NCBI GenBank assembly: GCA_963662585.1
Contig: OY759729.1
Coordinates: 1,984,001-2,048,000 of the forward strand
Direction: 5' to 3'
Source: Candidatus Cloacimonadales bacterium
GTDB taxonomy: Bacteria; Cloacimonadota; Cloacimonadia; Cloacimonadales; JAFGVF01
Length of the DNA: 64,000 nt
The notes below the pieces were generated by a model. The model was not told where the DNA came from, ran no database searches, and saw nothing but the letters and a program-made list of their open reading frames with translations. Of this stretch, positions 23,306 through 33,404 are shown piece after piece; the stretch's first letter is position 1; every line of letters begins with the position of its first letter. Both the position numbers and the translations under genes were made by a program.

Positions 23306-25705
23306 ATGAATAAAAAAAGTGTGATTTTCTTATTGGGATTAGTTATTTTTGGCACATTATTTGGACAGTACAGAGTTCCAGATAGCAGAATTAGAGAAGT
23401 TTATGAAATTACTAAGCCTCCTTATGTAATATTTAAACCATTTACTGATTTCGGCTGTGAAATAAGTTATGACCCTAAAATAGAATTAATAGAAATTGCT
23501 GAAGCAGATATAGAATTAGCTGGAAATAAGTTTTCTCCTCGACTAAATGCTACCAAGAAATTCTATCAAACTAATAGTTTTTCTCTAGTTGATTTTAGTA
23601 ATGAGAGTAAAACTGCCATAAATTTAGATAAATATCAGGGAATCAGAACTAGCTTTTATTCCTTTGATCATTCTAAAGCAATCATGACTTATGATCTTGA
23701 GGATGGGGTTAGCTTCATTTTAGTAGATTTTACTACTAAGAAAATAGTTGAATATCCTGAAATCAGACTTAATGGCGCAATGGGTGAACCACATGTGCAA
23801 TGGCTTGCTAATCAGAAGGAAGTCCTTATCGGAATGATTCCTCAGGAGAGAGGAGAGAAACCTAATTCTGATATACTTCCCGATTCCCCTATAATAGAAG
23901 AGACTTCTGGGAAGTTAAGTCAGCTCAGAACTTATACTAATCTTTTAAAATCTCCCCAAGATGAAGCACTTTTTGACTACTATTTTACAAGTCAAATCGC
24001 TATAGTTAATCTTAAATCCAAGAAGATTAAAAAAATAGGCAAACCTGGCATTTATCGTTCTGCCTCAATTTCTCCTAATAATAAGCTTCTGATAGTTACT
24101 CAAATTAATAAGCCTTATTCTTACACGGTTCCTTATTATTACTTTCCTCAAACAACTTCAATATGGAATCTTAAAGGAAAAGAGCTTAAACAGTTAATTA
24201 CAAGAGACTTGCAAGATGAAATACCCATTGGGGGAACTTATTCTGGTCAAAGGTATCATCATTGGTTACCTATTGCTGATCAAACTCTTGTTTGGTATGA
24301 AGCTCAAGATAATGGCGACCCTAAAGTAGAAGTAGAATATCGCGATATTATCTATACAAGTCAGTATCCATTTAAGGAAAGAGAAGAATTTTATCGAACT
24401 CAGCATAGAGCAACAGGATATGACTGTTTTGCTGATAAAAAAAGTATCATCTTCGGAGATTATGATAGAGATAAATTATGGACTAGACAGTGGTTATATA
24501 ATTTAGAAGATAGTTCTAAAACTCTTATCACTAATCAATCTGTAAATGATAAATATGCAGATAGGGGAGATATTTTTACTGTCTGGGATGAGAATAAAGA
24601 GAAAGTCATTGTCCGCAATGGTAATTTAGTCTATTACATTAATAATACTGGAGCAACTCCAGAAGGAAATAAACCTTTCTTAGCCTCATTTAATTTAGAG
24701 ACTTTAGAATTTACTAAGATATATGAAGCAGATCCTGCAAAATATGAACAGATTGTTACTTTTGCTGATCCTGATTTCACAAGTATTATCATTGGTAGTC
24801 AAGATGTTATGCACCCTAGGAATTATCAGCTAGTTAATCTACTAACAGGAGAAAGAAGAACATTAACTAATAATATTGACCCTTATCCTGAATATGCAAA
24901 TTTACAAAAAGAATTAGTTAATTATAAAAGAAGTGATGGTTTAGACTTATCAGGAATACTCTACCTCCCTTATGATTATGACGGCTCTGAAAAGTTACCT
25001 CTGATTATTCATGCTTATCCAAGAGAATTTGTAAGTGCAAAGACTGCAGGACAGGTCTCAGGTAGCGATAAAACCTTTACTTGGTATTATGGTGATGATA
25101 TTAGATATCTTGCTATGAGTGGCTACGCTGTACTTTATAATGCCTCTATTCCTATTGTGGGAGAACCTGAAGTGGTTAATGATACTTTTATTGAACAACT
25201 GCTAGATGGAGTAAATTCAGCAATAACTTTCTTAGATAATAAAGGGGTAATCGACCCTAGTAGAGTAGGTATTATTGGCCATAGCTATGGAGCTTTTATG
25301 GTGGCTAATGTTCTAGCTAACTCAGATTTATGCCAGGTAGGTGTTGCCAAGAGTGGGGCTTATAATAGAACTCTAACCCCTTTTGGCTTTCAAAAAGAGA
25401 GAAGAACTTTCTGGCAAGCTAAAGATTTCTACTTAAAAGTTTCTCCTTTTGCAACAGCAGATCAGATAAATGAACCGATTCTTTTAATCCATGGTGATAA
25501 AGACCCTAATAGTGGAACATATCCGATGCAGACTCAAAGATTCTACCAAGCTATAAAAGGAAATGGGGGAACCGCCAAGATGGTAATTTTACCATTTGAA
25601 GAACACGGCTATCGGGCTAAAGAATCTGAACTGCATGTTTTAGCGGAAGTTATTGAATGGTTTGACAGATTCCTTAAGGTAGATAAAACTGACACTAATG
25701 ACTAA
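23306..25705 (+). CDS. Secreted S9 family (prolyl oligopeptidase-like) serine peptidase
   Basis: Signal peptide; GHSYG nucleophile, SGAYNRTLTPFGFQ, LLIHGDKDPNSGT, EEHGY. Confidence 0.92.
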   Translation: MNKKSVIFLLGLVIFGTLFGQYRVPDSRIREVYEITKPPYVIFKPFTDFGCEISYDPKIELIEIAEADIELAGNKFSPRLNATKKFYQTNSFSLVDFSNESKTAINLDKYQGIRTSFYSFDHSKAIMTYDLEDGVSFILVDFTTKKIVEYPEIRLNGAMGEPHVQWLANQKEVLIGMIPQERGEKPNSDILPDSPIIEETSGKLSQLRTYTNLLKSPQDEALFDYYFTSQIAIVNLKSKKIKKIGKPGIYRSASISPNNKLLIVTQINKPYSYTVPYYYFPQTTSIWNLKGKELKQLITRDLQDEIPIGGTYSGQRYHHWLPIADQTLVWYEAQDNGDPKVEVEYRDIIYTSQYPFKEREEFYRTQHRATGYDCFADKKSIIFGDYDRDKLWTRQWLYNLEDSSKTLITNQSVNDKYADRGDIFTVWDENKEKVIVRNGNLVYYINNTGATPEGNKPFLASFNLETLEFTKIYEADPAKYEQIVTFADPDFTSIIIGSQDVMHPRNYQLVNLLTGERRTLTNNIDPYPEYANLQKELVNYKRSDGLDLSGILYLPYDYDGSEKLPLIIHAYPREFVSAKTAGQVSGSDKTFTWYYGDDIRYLAMSGYAVLYNASIPIVGEPEVVNDTFIEQLLDGVNSAITFLDNKGVIDPSRVGIIGHSYGAFMVANVLANSDLCQVGVAKSGAYNRTLTPFGFQKERRTFWQAKDFYLKVSPFATADQINEPILLIHGDKDPNSGTYPMQTQRFYQAIKGNGGTAKMVILPFEEHGYRAKESELHVLAEVIEWFDRFLKVDKTDTND

Positions 25706-26714
25706 AAATAACAAAATTATTAATGATATAATTAATTTACCTGCCCAAATCCCCTTTGTGGCGATTACGGGTATGTGCAAAAATGCTGGTAAAACAACTT
25801 TCTTGAATTGGTTAACCACTAGCTTATCTCAAGTAGGTCAAGTTGCTTTATTAACCACTGGGAGAGATGGTGAGGACTATGATTTAGTAGGAGGACATGA
25901 GAAACCTAAGGTTTTTATTCCCCAAAACTCAATCTTTGTTACCCATTCTAATATCTTAGAGAGATTTGCCGGGAAAGTTGAAGTATTACTTAAAAGTGAA
26001 TATAAAGCAGCTTCCTTTGATATCTGGCTTGTAAAAGCTCTGCAAGATTTAGAGACTGAGATTATTGGCCCTAGTACAGCTTCTGAACAGATTGCTCTAG
26101 CTAGGCAAATTAAGGCTTTTAATCCTAGATTTGTGCTAATTGATGGTTCTTTAGATAGAAAAGCAATTACTCTGAAACCTGAAATAGACGCTATGATTCT
26201 AGTTGTTAGTGCAAATTTTGGTTCTTTAAATGAGATTATCGCAGAACTTAAAAGGCTGATTCTCTTAACTAAAATCCCGCAATTACCTGACTCAGAAATG
26301 GTTATTGAAGAGGAAAACTTCTTATTAATTAAAAATAAGGAAGTAGTATTACAAAAGAGTACTTTACTTGGATTTGAGAAAGAAGTTAACTCTTACTTGA
26401 ATGAAAATAGTGTTGATCAAATCTATTTACCTGGAGTGTTAACAGATACTATTTGGGATAAAGTAAAAAAGAGCTTTATTGCTAATTCCAAGTCAATGCT
26501 AATATCTCATCCTTATCAACTTCACTTAAGTTATGCTAATTTACAAGAACTACTCTCACAAATGAAAGTTCAAGCTAAACATAAATTTATCATATCGGGG
26601 TTAGCTCTAAATAGTTTTTCTATTAAAGGAAGACATTTAGATGCAGGTCTCCTGTATGCAGCAGTTTCTAAAATAACAAATATAGCAATAATAGATTGCA
26701 TGGAGGCCTTTTAG
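25698..26714 (+). CDS. KamB-like P-loop protein (resembles the lysine 5,6-aminomutase reactivase subunit)
   Basis: ITGMCKNAGKTT, TGRDGE, EKP, EIIGP, LIDGSLDRK match the KamB-type pattern (recognised from memory, not searched). Confidence 0.65.
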   Translation: MTKNNKIINDIINLPAQIPFVAITGMCKNAGKTTFLNWLTTSLSQVGQVALLTTGRDGEDYDLVGGHEKPKVFIPQNSIFVTHSNILERFAGKVEVLLKSEYKAASFDIWLVKALQDLETEIIGPSTASEQIALARQIKAFNPRFVLIDGSLDRKAITLKPEIDAMILVVSANFGSLNEIIAELKRLILLTKIPQLPDSEMVIEEENFLLIKNKEVVLQKSTLLGFEKEVNSYLNENSVDQIYLPGVLTDTIWDKVKKSFIANSKSMLISHPYQLHLSYANLQELLSQMKVQAKHKFIISGLALNSFSIKGRHLDAGLLYAAVSKITNIAIIDCMEAF

Positions 26715-27616
26715 TGAATAGAACAAAACGATCAATTAATCTTGGTTTGTTTACCAATATTATATTTTCCATTTTAAAAACAGTAATCGGTATCTATGGA
26801 AAGAGTCAGGCTCTTATCGCAGACGGAATTAACTCAACTTCTGATGTTGCTTACTACCTTGCCGTAAGTATATTTATGAAAAAATCTAATAAACCTGCCG
26901 ACGAAGAACATCCTTATGGTCATCGTCAATTAGATAATATTGCTGCGATTGTTGTCGGAGCATTTATTGTTACAACTGGTGCGACTATCTTCTGGAATTC
27001 TATAACTACGCTTTATAGTCTCTGGAAAGGCGAATATGGCGTTGCTCAGAAATTCTTCTTACCTATGATTATTGCTTCTATAACAGTAGTAGCTAAAATT
27101 TTCTTGTACTTAGATTCAAAAATTACTTATAAACAGACTAAAAATCCAACTATTAAGGCTTTAATGAATGATCATGTTAATGATATCATGGCTTCTGGAG
27201 CTGTTTTAATAAGTCTTATTTTTGCATACTATAATAGTAATTTGGTCTGGATCGACCCAGTTGCTTCTTGCCTAGTTGCTGTATTTATCTTTAAAACAGG
27301 ATTTGAAATATTAATAGATTCTTCTAATGACTTGATGGATTCTATGCCTGATGAAGATTTTGGACAAAGAATCGAAAAGATTCTGCTTGCTCATAAGAAT
27401 GTTTATGGCATTAGTCATATTGGAGTGCATAAATATGGACCTTCCTTTGTCCTAAACCTCACTATCGAAGTTGATTCTCATCTGACAGTTGTTCAAGGTG
27501 ATGAAATTTGTGATGAACTCGAAATTCAACTTTTACAAGAATTCCCTGATAGTCTAAAGAAAACTAATATTCATTATCATCCTAAAAAGGCTTCTAATAG
27601 AATTAACCAAAAGTAA
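26714..27616 (+). CDS. Cation diffusion facilitator (FieF-like) transporter
   Basis: SQALIADGINSTSD, KPADEEHPYGH, DHVND, IHYHP. GTG start at 26714 with GGAGG RBS preferred over 26696. Confidence 0.92.
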   Translation: MNRTKRSINLGLFTNIIFSILKTVIGIYGKSQALIADGINSTSDVAYYLAVSIFMKKSNKPADEEHPYGHRQLDNIAAIVVGAFIVTTGATIFWNSITTLYSLWKGEYGVAQKFFLPMIIASITVVAKIFLYLDSKITYKQTKNPTIKALMNDHVNDIMASGAVLISLIFAYYNSNLVWIDPVASCLVAVFIFKTGFEILIDSSNDLMDSMPDEDFGQRIEKILLAHKNVYGISHIGVHKYGPSFVLNLTIEVDSHLTVVQGDEICDELEIQLLQEFPDSLKKTNIHYHPKKASNRINQK

Positions 27617-27651
27617 GAGTGAATATCTTAACTCTCTTTTATTGAGAATTC

Positions 27652-27681
27652 AGGCAGTAGATATCTTGATGTTTACTGCCT
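27652..27681 (+). terminator. Hairpin after the CDF gene, possible terminator
   Basis: AGGCAGTAGATAT...ATGTTTACTGCCT stem; U-tract is weak. Confidence 0.45.
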
Positions 27682-28224
27682 AATTACCATGTCTTTAGCC
27701 TCTCCTTAAGTCCTTTCCCAAGGCTTCTTCCTAATCATCTAAATTAGTATTCGTTAATTATTCGCATTCAATGATAGAAAGCTATTGACGACCCTTTATG
27801 GTAAAATGGAGATTGGCATAAAAGCAGTAAATATAAGCCTGTTCGTTTAGTCATTCTTGTTTGTTTTATGAGACTCTAAAATCTTGTTCTACTTTAGCCT
27901 TTGTACTTCACCAATTCTTATTATCGAGTGAAATTTGAGTATTTTCCGGTGAGAATTTAGACTTCTCCCATAGAGATTCACAAGTCTGTTCTATTCATTA
28001 TAAGAATTTGAAGTCATGGAGGGCTACTTGCTCTGAAAGCGGGTAGAGCTATTAATGAAGGACTTTTCAATAATTTCTAAAAAAATACTTGCAATTATAT
28101 TAATGTTAGGAGAAATTGAATCAAAGTACTTATTTAAGTATTTTGAATAAATTGATTTAAGGGTTAATCCCTAATTAATAAGGGTTTAGCACAAATTTAC
28201 TGAGTAAGTTTAATAGGAGAAGTA

Positions 28225-29184
28225 ATGAATATATTAATAACAGGTGGAGCAGGTTTTATTGGCTCACATTTAGCTGAAAAACTTTTAAAGCAAGGACATA
28301 AAGTTATAGTATTAGATAACTTATCTACAGGTAGTTTGGAAAATGTTAAGCATTTGCGTAACGATCCAAATTTCCTTCTGCATATTGGTTCAATATTGAA
28401 TTATGAATTATTAGAGGAGTTAGTTTCACAATGTAAAATAGTTTATCACATGGCTGCGGCAGTAGGTGTTAAATATATTATTGAGAATCCTTTACTTTCT
28501 CTTAGAACCAACATCGTTGGAACCGAGAATGTCTTAGAGCTTGCTCATAAGTATAAGTGTAAAGTTTTGGTAGCATCTACTTCAGAGATCTATGGTAAAA
28601 GTGATAACACTCCATTTAAAGAGCAGGATGATAGATTATTAGGATCAACTCATATTAGCCGTTGGGGTTATAGTACTGCCAAAGCAGTGGATGAGTTTTT
28701 AGCTTTAGCTTTTTATAGAGAAAAGAAATTACCTGTTGTTATCGTAAGATTATTCAACACCGTAGGTCCACGCCAAACAGGTCAGTATGGAATGGTTATT
28801 CCTAAGTTTGTTAAGGCTGCCCTTTTAGACCAACCTTTAGTTATTCATGGAACAGGAAAACAGAGTAGATGTTTCACTGATGTGGACGATGTTTCTGATG
28901 CTCTTATAAAGCTAATGGAAACACCAAAATGTGAAGGTAATATCTATAATGTAGGTTCTACTGAATCTATAAGTATTGAAGAGTTAGCTCACAAGATAAA
29001 GAAAGCATCTAAGTCTAAATCAAAAATTGAATATATGGCTTATGAAGATGTCTTTGAAGAAGGTTTTGAAGATATGATGAAAAGAATGCCTGATATTACC
29101 AAAATAGAAAAAGCAATAGGATATAAAAGAAAATATACTTTGGATCAAATAATTGAGAGAGTAATTAACTATTATGAAGAATAA
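28225..29184 (+). CDS. NAD-dependent nucleotide-sugar epimerase/dehydratase
   Basis: ITGGAGFIGSH, ASTSEIYG, YSTAK (YxxxK), RLFNTVGPRQ. Confidence 0.93.
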   Translation: MNILITGGAGFIGSHLAEKLLKQGHKVIVLDNLSTGSLENVKHLRNDPNFLLHIGSILNYELLEELVSQCKIVYHMAAAVGVKYIIENPLLSLRTNIVGTENVLELAHKYKCKVLVASTSEIYGKSDNTPFKEQDDRLLGSTHISRWGYSTAKAVDEFLALAFYREKKLPVVIVRLFNTVGPRQTGQYGMVIPKFVKAALLDQPLVIHGTGKQSRCFTDVDDVSDALIKLMETPKCEGNIYNVGSTESISIEELAHKIKKASKSKSKIEYMAYEDVFEEGFEDMMKRMPDITKIEKAIGYKRKYTLDQIIERVINYYEE

Positions 29185-30607
29185 GTTAGTTATAATAACA
29201 CTTTTACTAAGCTTAGTATTTCAAATTGTAGCTCTGCCTGTTAATATCTCTATTGTTGGAAATGTTGATGAGCCAGGGGTTTATGTCTTAGACTCTGCAA
29301 ATAGAGTTTCTCAAGCTATTCAATTAATAGAATTTGGTATAACACCCGATTCTTCAAGCTTATTAGGGTCAGCAGGACTATCTGAAATGTCTGATTTTCA
29401 AATTGATACAAGCCTGTTGGAGAAACAGAAAGAAGCTTTGGCAATGAGAAATTCTCAAAAAATGGCGCCAAACTCTCAGCTCCAAGCAGAAGTAGAGGAA
29501 GAAGAAGTTTTCGAGTCCCAAGGAATCTCTAAAAGAAAAGTAATTTTAGTTAGAAATGGTGTCTCTCAAGAGTTAAATCTTCAAGCTTTTTACCTTAATG
29601 GCGATTTGAAGAATAATCCTTATTTGCAAAATGATGATATTATTAAGGTATTACCTATTGAGAGAAGTGTAAAGCTAACTGGTGAAGTTAACCGTGAGGG
29701 AGAATATGAATTTAATGAGGGCGAGAAATTATCAGACCTAATTGAATTTTGTCAAGGCCTTACCAGTGATGCAGATTCATCCAATATCAGAATTGAAAGA
29801 TATAATCATCAAACAGGTGAATTAACTGCTTTAACGGTGAACTACCAAGAAGTTTTACTCAATTTAAACTCTTCTGAAAATATAGTTCTCAATCATAATG
29901 ATTTAGTAAAAGTATTTCCTAAACCATACTTAAATAAGAGGAAAATTGTTGAAGTTAAGGGCTTAGTTAAATATCCTGGAGAGTACTCAATTGATGATAA
30001 CAGTAGCCTTTTATCAGTTCTGGAAAGTGCAGGAGGTCCACTAAATAGTGCAGATCTTAATTTCGCTATCTTAATTGATAAATCTCTTTTTGAGTCTTAT
30101 GACCCTGATTTAGAGCGCTTACTTGCTTCTAATTCTTCACTTATGTCAATTTCTGAATACTCTTATATTCAGACTAAACTTCGTGAAGTAGCAGGAAAGC
30201 ATTATGTGAATATAAAAAAGCTTTGGGAAACCAAGGATGAAAAATATAATAGAAAAGTTAAAGCTGGTGATATAATATATATCAAAGAGCCACTTTTACT
30301 AGTTAATGTCTCAGGAGCAGTTCAAAATGCAGGACTGCAACCTTGGGAAGAGGGTAAAAGCTTATCTCACTATATTAATAAGTCAGGTGGTTATATACCT
30401 TCAGCTTTTGAAAGTAAAGTTAGAGTAATTCGCTATGATACAAGCGTTTGGGTGGAAGCAACAAATAAAACAGTTATCAATCCCGGGGATGAGATATTTG
30501 TTCCAGAAGTTGAAGATAAAACTATATGGAATTATATTACTGAAGGTCTTGCTGTTACAGCTCAGCTAATCACAATTGTGTTAGGTGTTCACACATTAAC
30601 CAAGTAA
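29174..30607 (+). CDS. SLBB-repeat polysaccharide export-associated protein
   Basis: Signal peptide; four repeats of V.G.V..PG.Y...AGG...GD.I.V. Confidence 0.85.
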   Translation: MKNKLVIITLLLSLVFQIVALPVNISIVGNVDEPGVYVLDSANRVSQAIQLIEFGITPDSSSLLGSAGLSEMSDFQIDTSLLEKQKEALAMRNSQKMAPNSQLQAEVEEEEVFESQGISKRKVILVRNGVSQELNLQAFYLNGDLKNNPYLQNDDIIKVLPIERSVKLTGEVNREGEYEFNEGEKLSDLIEFCQGLTSDADSSNIRIERYNHQTGELTALTVNYQEVLLNLNSSENIVLNHNDLVKVFPKPYLNKRKIVEVKGLVKYPGEYSIDDNSSLLSVLESAGGPLNSADLNFAILIDKSLFESYDPDLERLLASNSSLMSISEYSYIQTKLREVAGKHYVNIKKLWETKDEKYNRKVKAGDIIYIKEPLLLVNVSGAVQNAGLQPWEEGKSLSHYINKSGGYIPSAFESKVRVIRYDTSVWVEATNKTVINPGDEIFVPEVEDKTIWNYITEGLAVTAQLITIVLGVHTLTK

Positions 30608-30637
30608 CACTAAAATAAGCATGATAATGGAGAAAAA

Positions 30638-31744
30638 ATGAAAGTACAGTTATTAGATTTACATGCTCAATATGAAAATATTATGAGCGAAATTAAAGAA
30701 GAAATGGATAAAGTTTTTGCCCAACATAACTATATTTTAGGTAATCAAGTTCAAGATTTTGAAAAGACTATGGAAGATTATTTAGAAGCTAATCATGCTA
30801 TTAGCTGTGCTTCTGGTACTGATGCTTTGGTATTAGCTCTCAGAGCCTTAAAAGTAGGTCCTGGTGATGAAGTAATTACTACTCCTTTTACCTTCTTTGC
30901 TACAGCTGGCTCTATTTCTAGAGTTGGGGCAAAACCAGTTTTTGTTGATGTTGATAAAGATACTTTCAATATTGACCCAGAATTAATTGAAGCTGCTATA
31001 ACAGATAAAACTAAAGCAATTATCCCTGTTCATCTCTTTGGTCAACCAGCTGAAATGGACAAAATAATGGCTATTGCTAAGAAACATAATCTTAAAGTAA
31101 TTGAAGATAATGCTCAAGGTATTGGTTCAAAATTTGCTGGAAAATATTCAGGTACTATCGGTGATATCGGAACCCTCTCTTTCTTCCCAAGTAAGAATCT
31201 TGGTTGTATGGGAGATGGTGGAATGTGTCTTACTCAAGACCAACAATTAGCAAAAGATTTAGTTCAGCTTAGAAAACATGGGGAAGATCCAAAGTATATC
31301 CATAAATGGGTTGGTTATAATAGTCGCTTAGATACCCTGCAAGCTGCAGTTCTAAATGTTAAGATTAAATATTTAGAAGAGTGGTCAGAAGGTAGAAGAA
31401 AAAATGCAAAATTATATTATGATAAATTAGCTGATGTTAAAGAGATAAAATTACCTGTGATTCATGAGAAAGCTACAACTGTTTATAACCAATTTACTCT
31501 TCAAGCTGAAAGAAGAGAAGAATTAATGGCTTTCTTGAAAGAGAATGAGATTGGTTGCGCTATTTATTATCCAAAACCACTTCATATCCAAGAATGTTTT
31601 GAAGATTTAGGCTATAAAGTTGGTGATTTACCAATATCTGAAGACTTAGCTAAGAAAGTAGTTTCTATCCCAATTTATACAGAACTTCCTGAAGAGCATC
31701 AGCTTTTCGTTATAGAAAAAATAAGAGAATTTTACCAAAAATAA
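30638..31744 (+). CDS. DegT/DnrJ/EryC1/StrS PLP-dependent sugar aminotransferase
   Basis: SGTDAL, PVHLFGQ, SFFPSKNLG, GYNSRLDTLQAA. Confidence 0.95.
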   Translation: MKVQLLDLHAQYENIMSEIKEEMDKVFAQHNYILGNQVQDFEKTMEDYLEANHAISCASGTDALVLALRALKVGPGDEVITTPFTFFATAGSISRVGAKPVFVDVDKDTFNIDPELIEAAITDKTKAIIPVHLFGQPAEMDKIMAIAKKHNLKVIEDNAQGIGSKFAGKYSGTIGDIGTLSFFPSKNLGCMGDGGMCLTQDQQLAKDLVQLRKHGEDPKYIHKWVGYNSRLDTLQAAVLNVKIKYLEEWSEGRRKNAKLYYDKLADVKEIKLPVIHEKATTVYNQFTLQAERREELMAFLKENEIGCAIYYPKPLHIQECFEDLGYKVGDLPISEDLAKKVVSIPIYTELPEEHQLFVIEKIREFYQK

Positions 31745-31756
31745 GAGGAATTAGTA

Positions 31757-32539
31757 ATGAATATTATAGTATGTATTAAACAGGTTCCAGATACTAATGA
31801 AATTAAAATAGACCCAGTAACAAATACTTTAATTAGAGAAGGTGTTGAGAGTATTTTGAATCCTTTTGATACCTACGCTTTAGAAGAAGCAATTAGATTA
31901 AAAGAGACTCATGGTGGCAAGGTGATTGCTATTACTATGGGACCTCCTCAAGCAGAGAGTGTGCTTAAAGAAGCAGTTTCTCTTGGAGTAGATGAAATTT
32001 ATCTTCTTTCAGACAGAAAATTTGCTGGTGCTGATACTTGGGCAACTAGTAATACTTTAGCTGCTGCGGTTAGAAAAATAGGTGATTTTGATTTGATCCT
32101 TTTTGGGCAACAAGCTATTGATGGTGATACTGCTCAAGTAGGACCTGGTGTTGCAACTCACCTTAACTTACCTCAAACTTGCTTTGTGCGTAAAATAGAG
32201 AAAGTTGAAGCTGGTAAATTAACCTGCCAACGCCTCATGGAAGATGGCTACGATGTCGTAGAGATGGTTCTCCCAGCTGTAATCTCGGTTGTGAAAGAAA
32301 TTAATACTCCAAGACTTCCTTCCCTCAGAGGTAAGAAGAATGCCCGTCAGGCTGTTCCTCAAGTCTGGAATGCAGAAATGTTAGATTTAGATGAAAAAAC
32401 AATTGGCCTTAATGGCTCTCCAACTCAAGTTGTGGAAATATTCTCTCCTGAAACTCATAAAGAAGGACAGAAATTTGAAGGAACTCCTGAAGAGAGTGCA
32501 GATTTAATAATAGATAGACTTAAGAAATTAACCGTTTAA
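31757..32539 (+). CDS. etfB: Electron transfer flavoprotein beta subunit
   Basis: VCIKQVPD, NPFD.YALEEA, GADTWAT, GQQAIDGDTAQVG, PRLPS. Confidence 0.95.
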   Translation: MNIIVCIKQVPDTNEIKIDPVTNTLIREGVESILNPFDTYALEEAIRLKETHGGKVIAITMGPPQAESVLKEAVSLGVDEIYLLSDRKFAGADTWATSNTLAAAVRKIGDFDLILFGQQAIDGDTAQVGPGVATHLNLPQTCFVRKIEKVEAGKLTCQRLMEDGYDVVEMVLPAVISVVKEINTPRLPSLRGKKNARQAVPQVWNAEMLDLDEKTIGLNGSPTQVVEIFSPETHKEGQKFEGTPEESADLIIDRLKKLTV

Positions 32540-32548
32540 TTATAAATT

Positions 32549-32579
32549 AGCGACCTGCTTAGAGTTGGTCGCTTTTTTT
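32549..32579 (+). terminator. Intrinsic terminator after etfB
   Basis: AGCGACC-loop-GGTCGCT followed by a T run. Confidence 0.75.
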
Positions 32580-32594
32580 ATTTTAGGAGAAATA

Positions 32595-33404
32595 ATGATT
32601 CAATTCCCTGACATTAAACCCTACATCTTCAAATTCAGTATTGGTAATTTCCCTTTAGAAATAAGATATTACGGACTTCTTTATTTAATAAGTTTTGCTT
32701 TAGGATATATATTTGTTCGCAAGAACTTGCACTATAGAGCTATAGAATTATCTAAAGAGAAATTTAGCGACTTAATCTTCTATATTGCTCTCGGAGTTAT
32801 AATTGGAGGCCGAGTAGGCTATATGTTCTTTTATGCTCTTCCCGAATTTTTGGGAAATCCCCTAACTCTCTTCCAAGTTTGGGAAGGAGGAATGTCTTTT
32901 CATGGCGGACTTTTAGGTGTGATTATTGCTGGTTACATTTTTGCTCGTAAAGAAAAAATAAGTTTTCTCGGTGGGGCAGATGTGGTAATGCCTTGGGCAG
33001 CCTTAGGTTTAGGTTTAGGTCGTCTAGGTAACTTCATTAATGCTGAATTATATGGATCTCCAACTGATTTACCATGGGGAGTAGTTTTTCCAGGAGAAAC
33101 AATTGCTCGTCATCCATCTCAACTTTATGAAATGTTCTTTGAAGGTATTCTTATGTTTTTCCTATTGCAATTTATGGTCAAAAAAATTAAGACAGAAGGA
33201 TATGTCTTTTGGGCCTTCTTTATCTTCTATGGAGTAGTTAGGTTCTTGATAGAGTTTATCAGACTTCCAGATGATATTGCATCACTTTACCCTAATGGTT
33301 TACTCTATGGAGTACTGCCAATGTCTCAAGGGCAATTTCTTAGCTCATTGATGATTATCGCCGGAATAATAGGCGTTATTCTTATTTATAGGAAAGAAAA
33401 ATGA
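32595..33404 (+). CDS. lgt: Prolipoprotein diacylglyceryl transferase
   Basis: RYYGL, GGRVGY, GGMSFHGG, GRLGNFINAELYG, HPSQLYE. ATG 32595 follows an AGGAG RBS. Confidence 0.96.
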   Translation: MIQFPDIKPYIFKFSIGNFPLEIRYYGLLYLISFALGYIFVRKNLHYRAIELSKEKFSDLIFYIALGVIIGGRVGYMFFYALPEFLGNPLTLFQVWEGGMSFHGGLLGVIIAGYIFARKEKISFLGGADVVMPWAALGLGLGRLGNFINAELYGSPTDLPWGVVFPGETIARHPSQLYEMFFEGILMFFLLQFMVKKIKTEGYVFWAFFIFYGVVRFLIEFIRLPDDIASLYPNGLLYGVLPMSQGQFLSSLMIIAGIIGVILIYRKEK

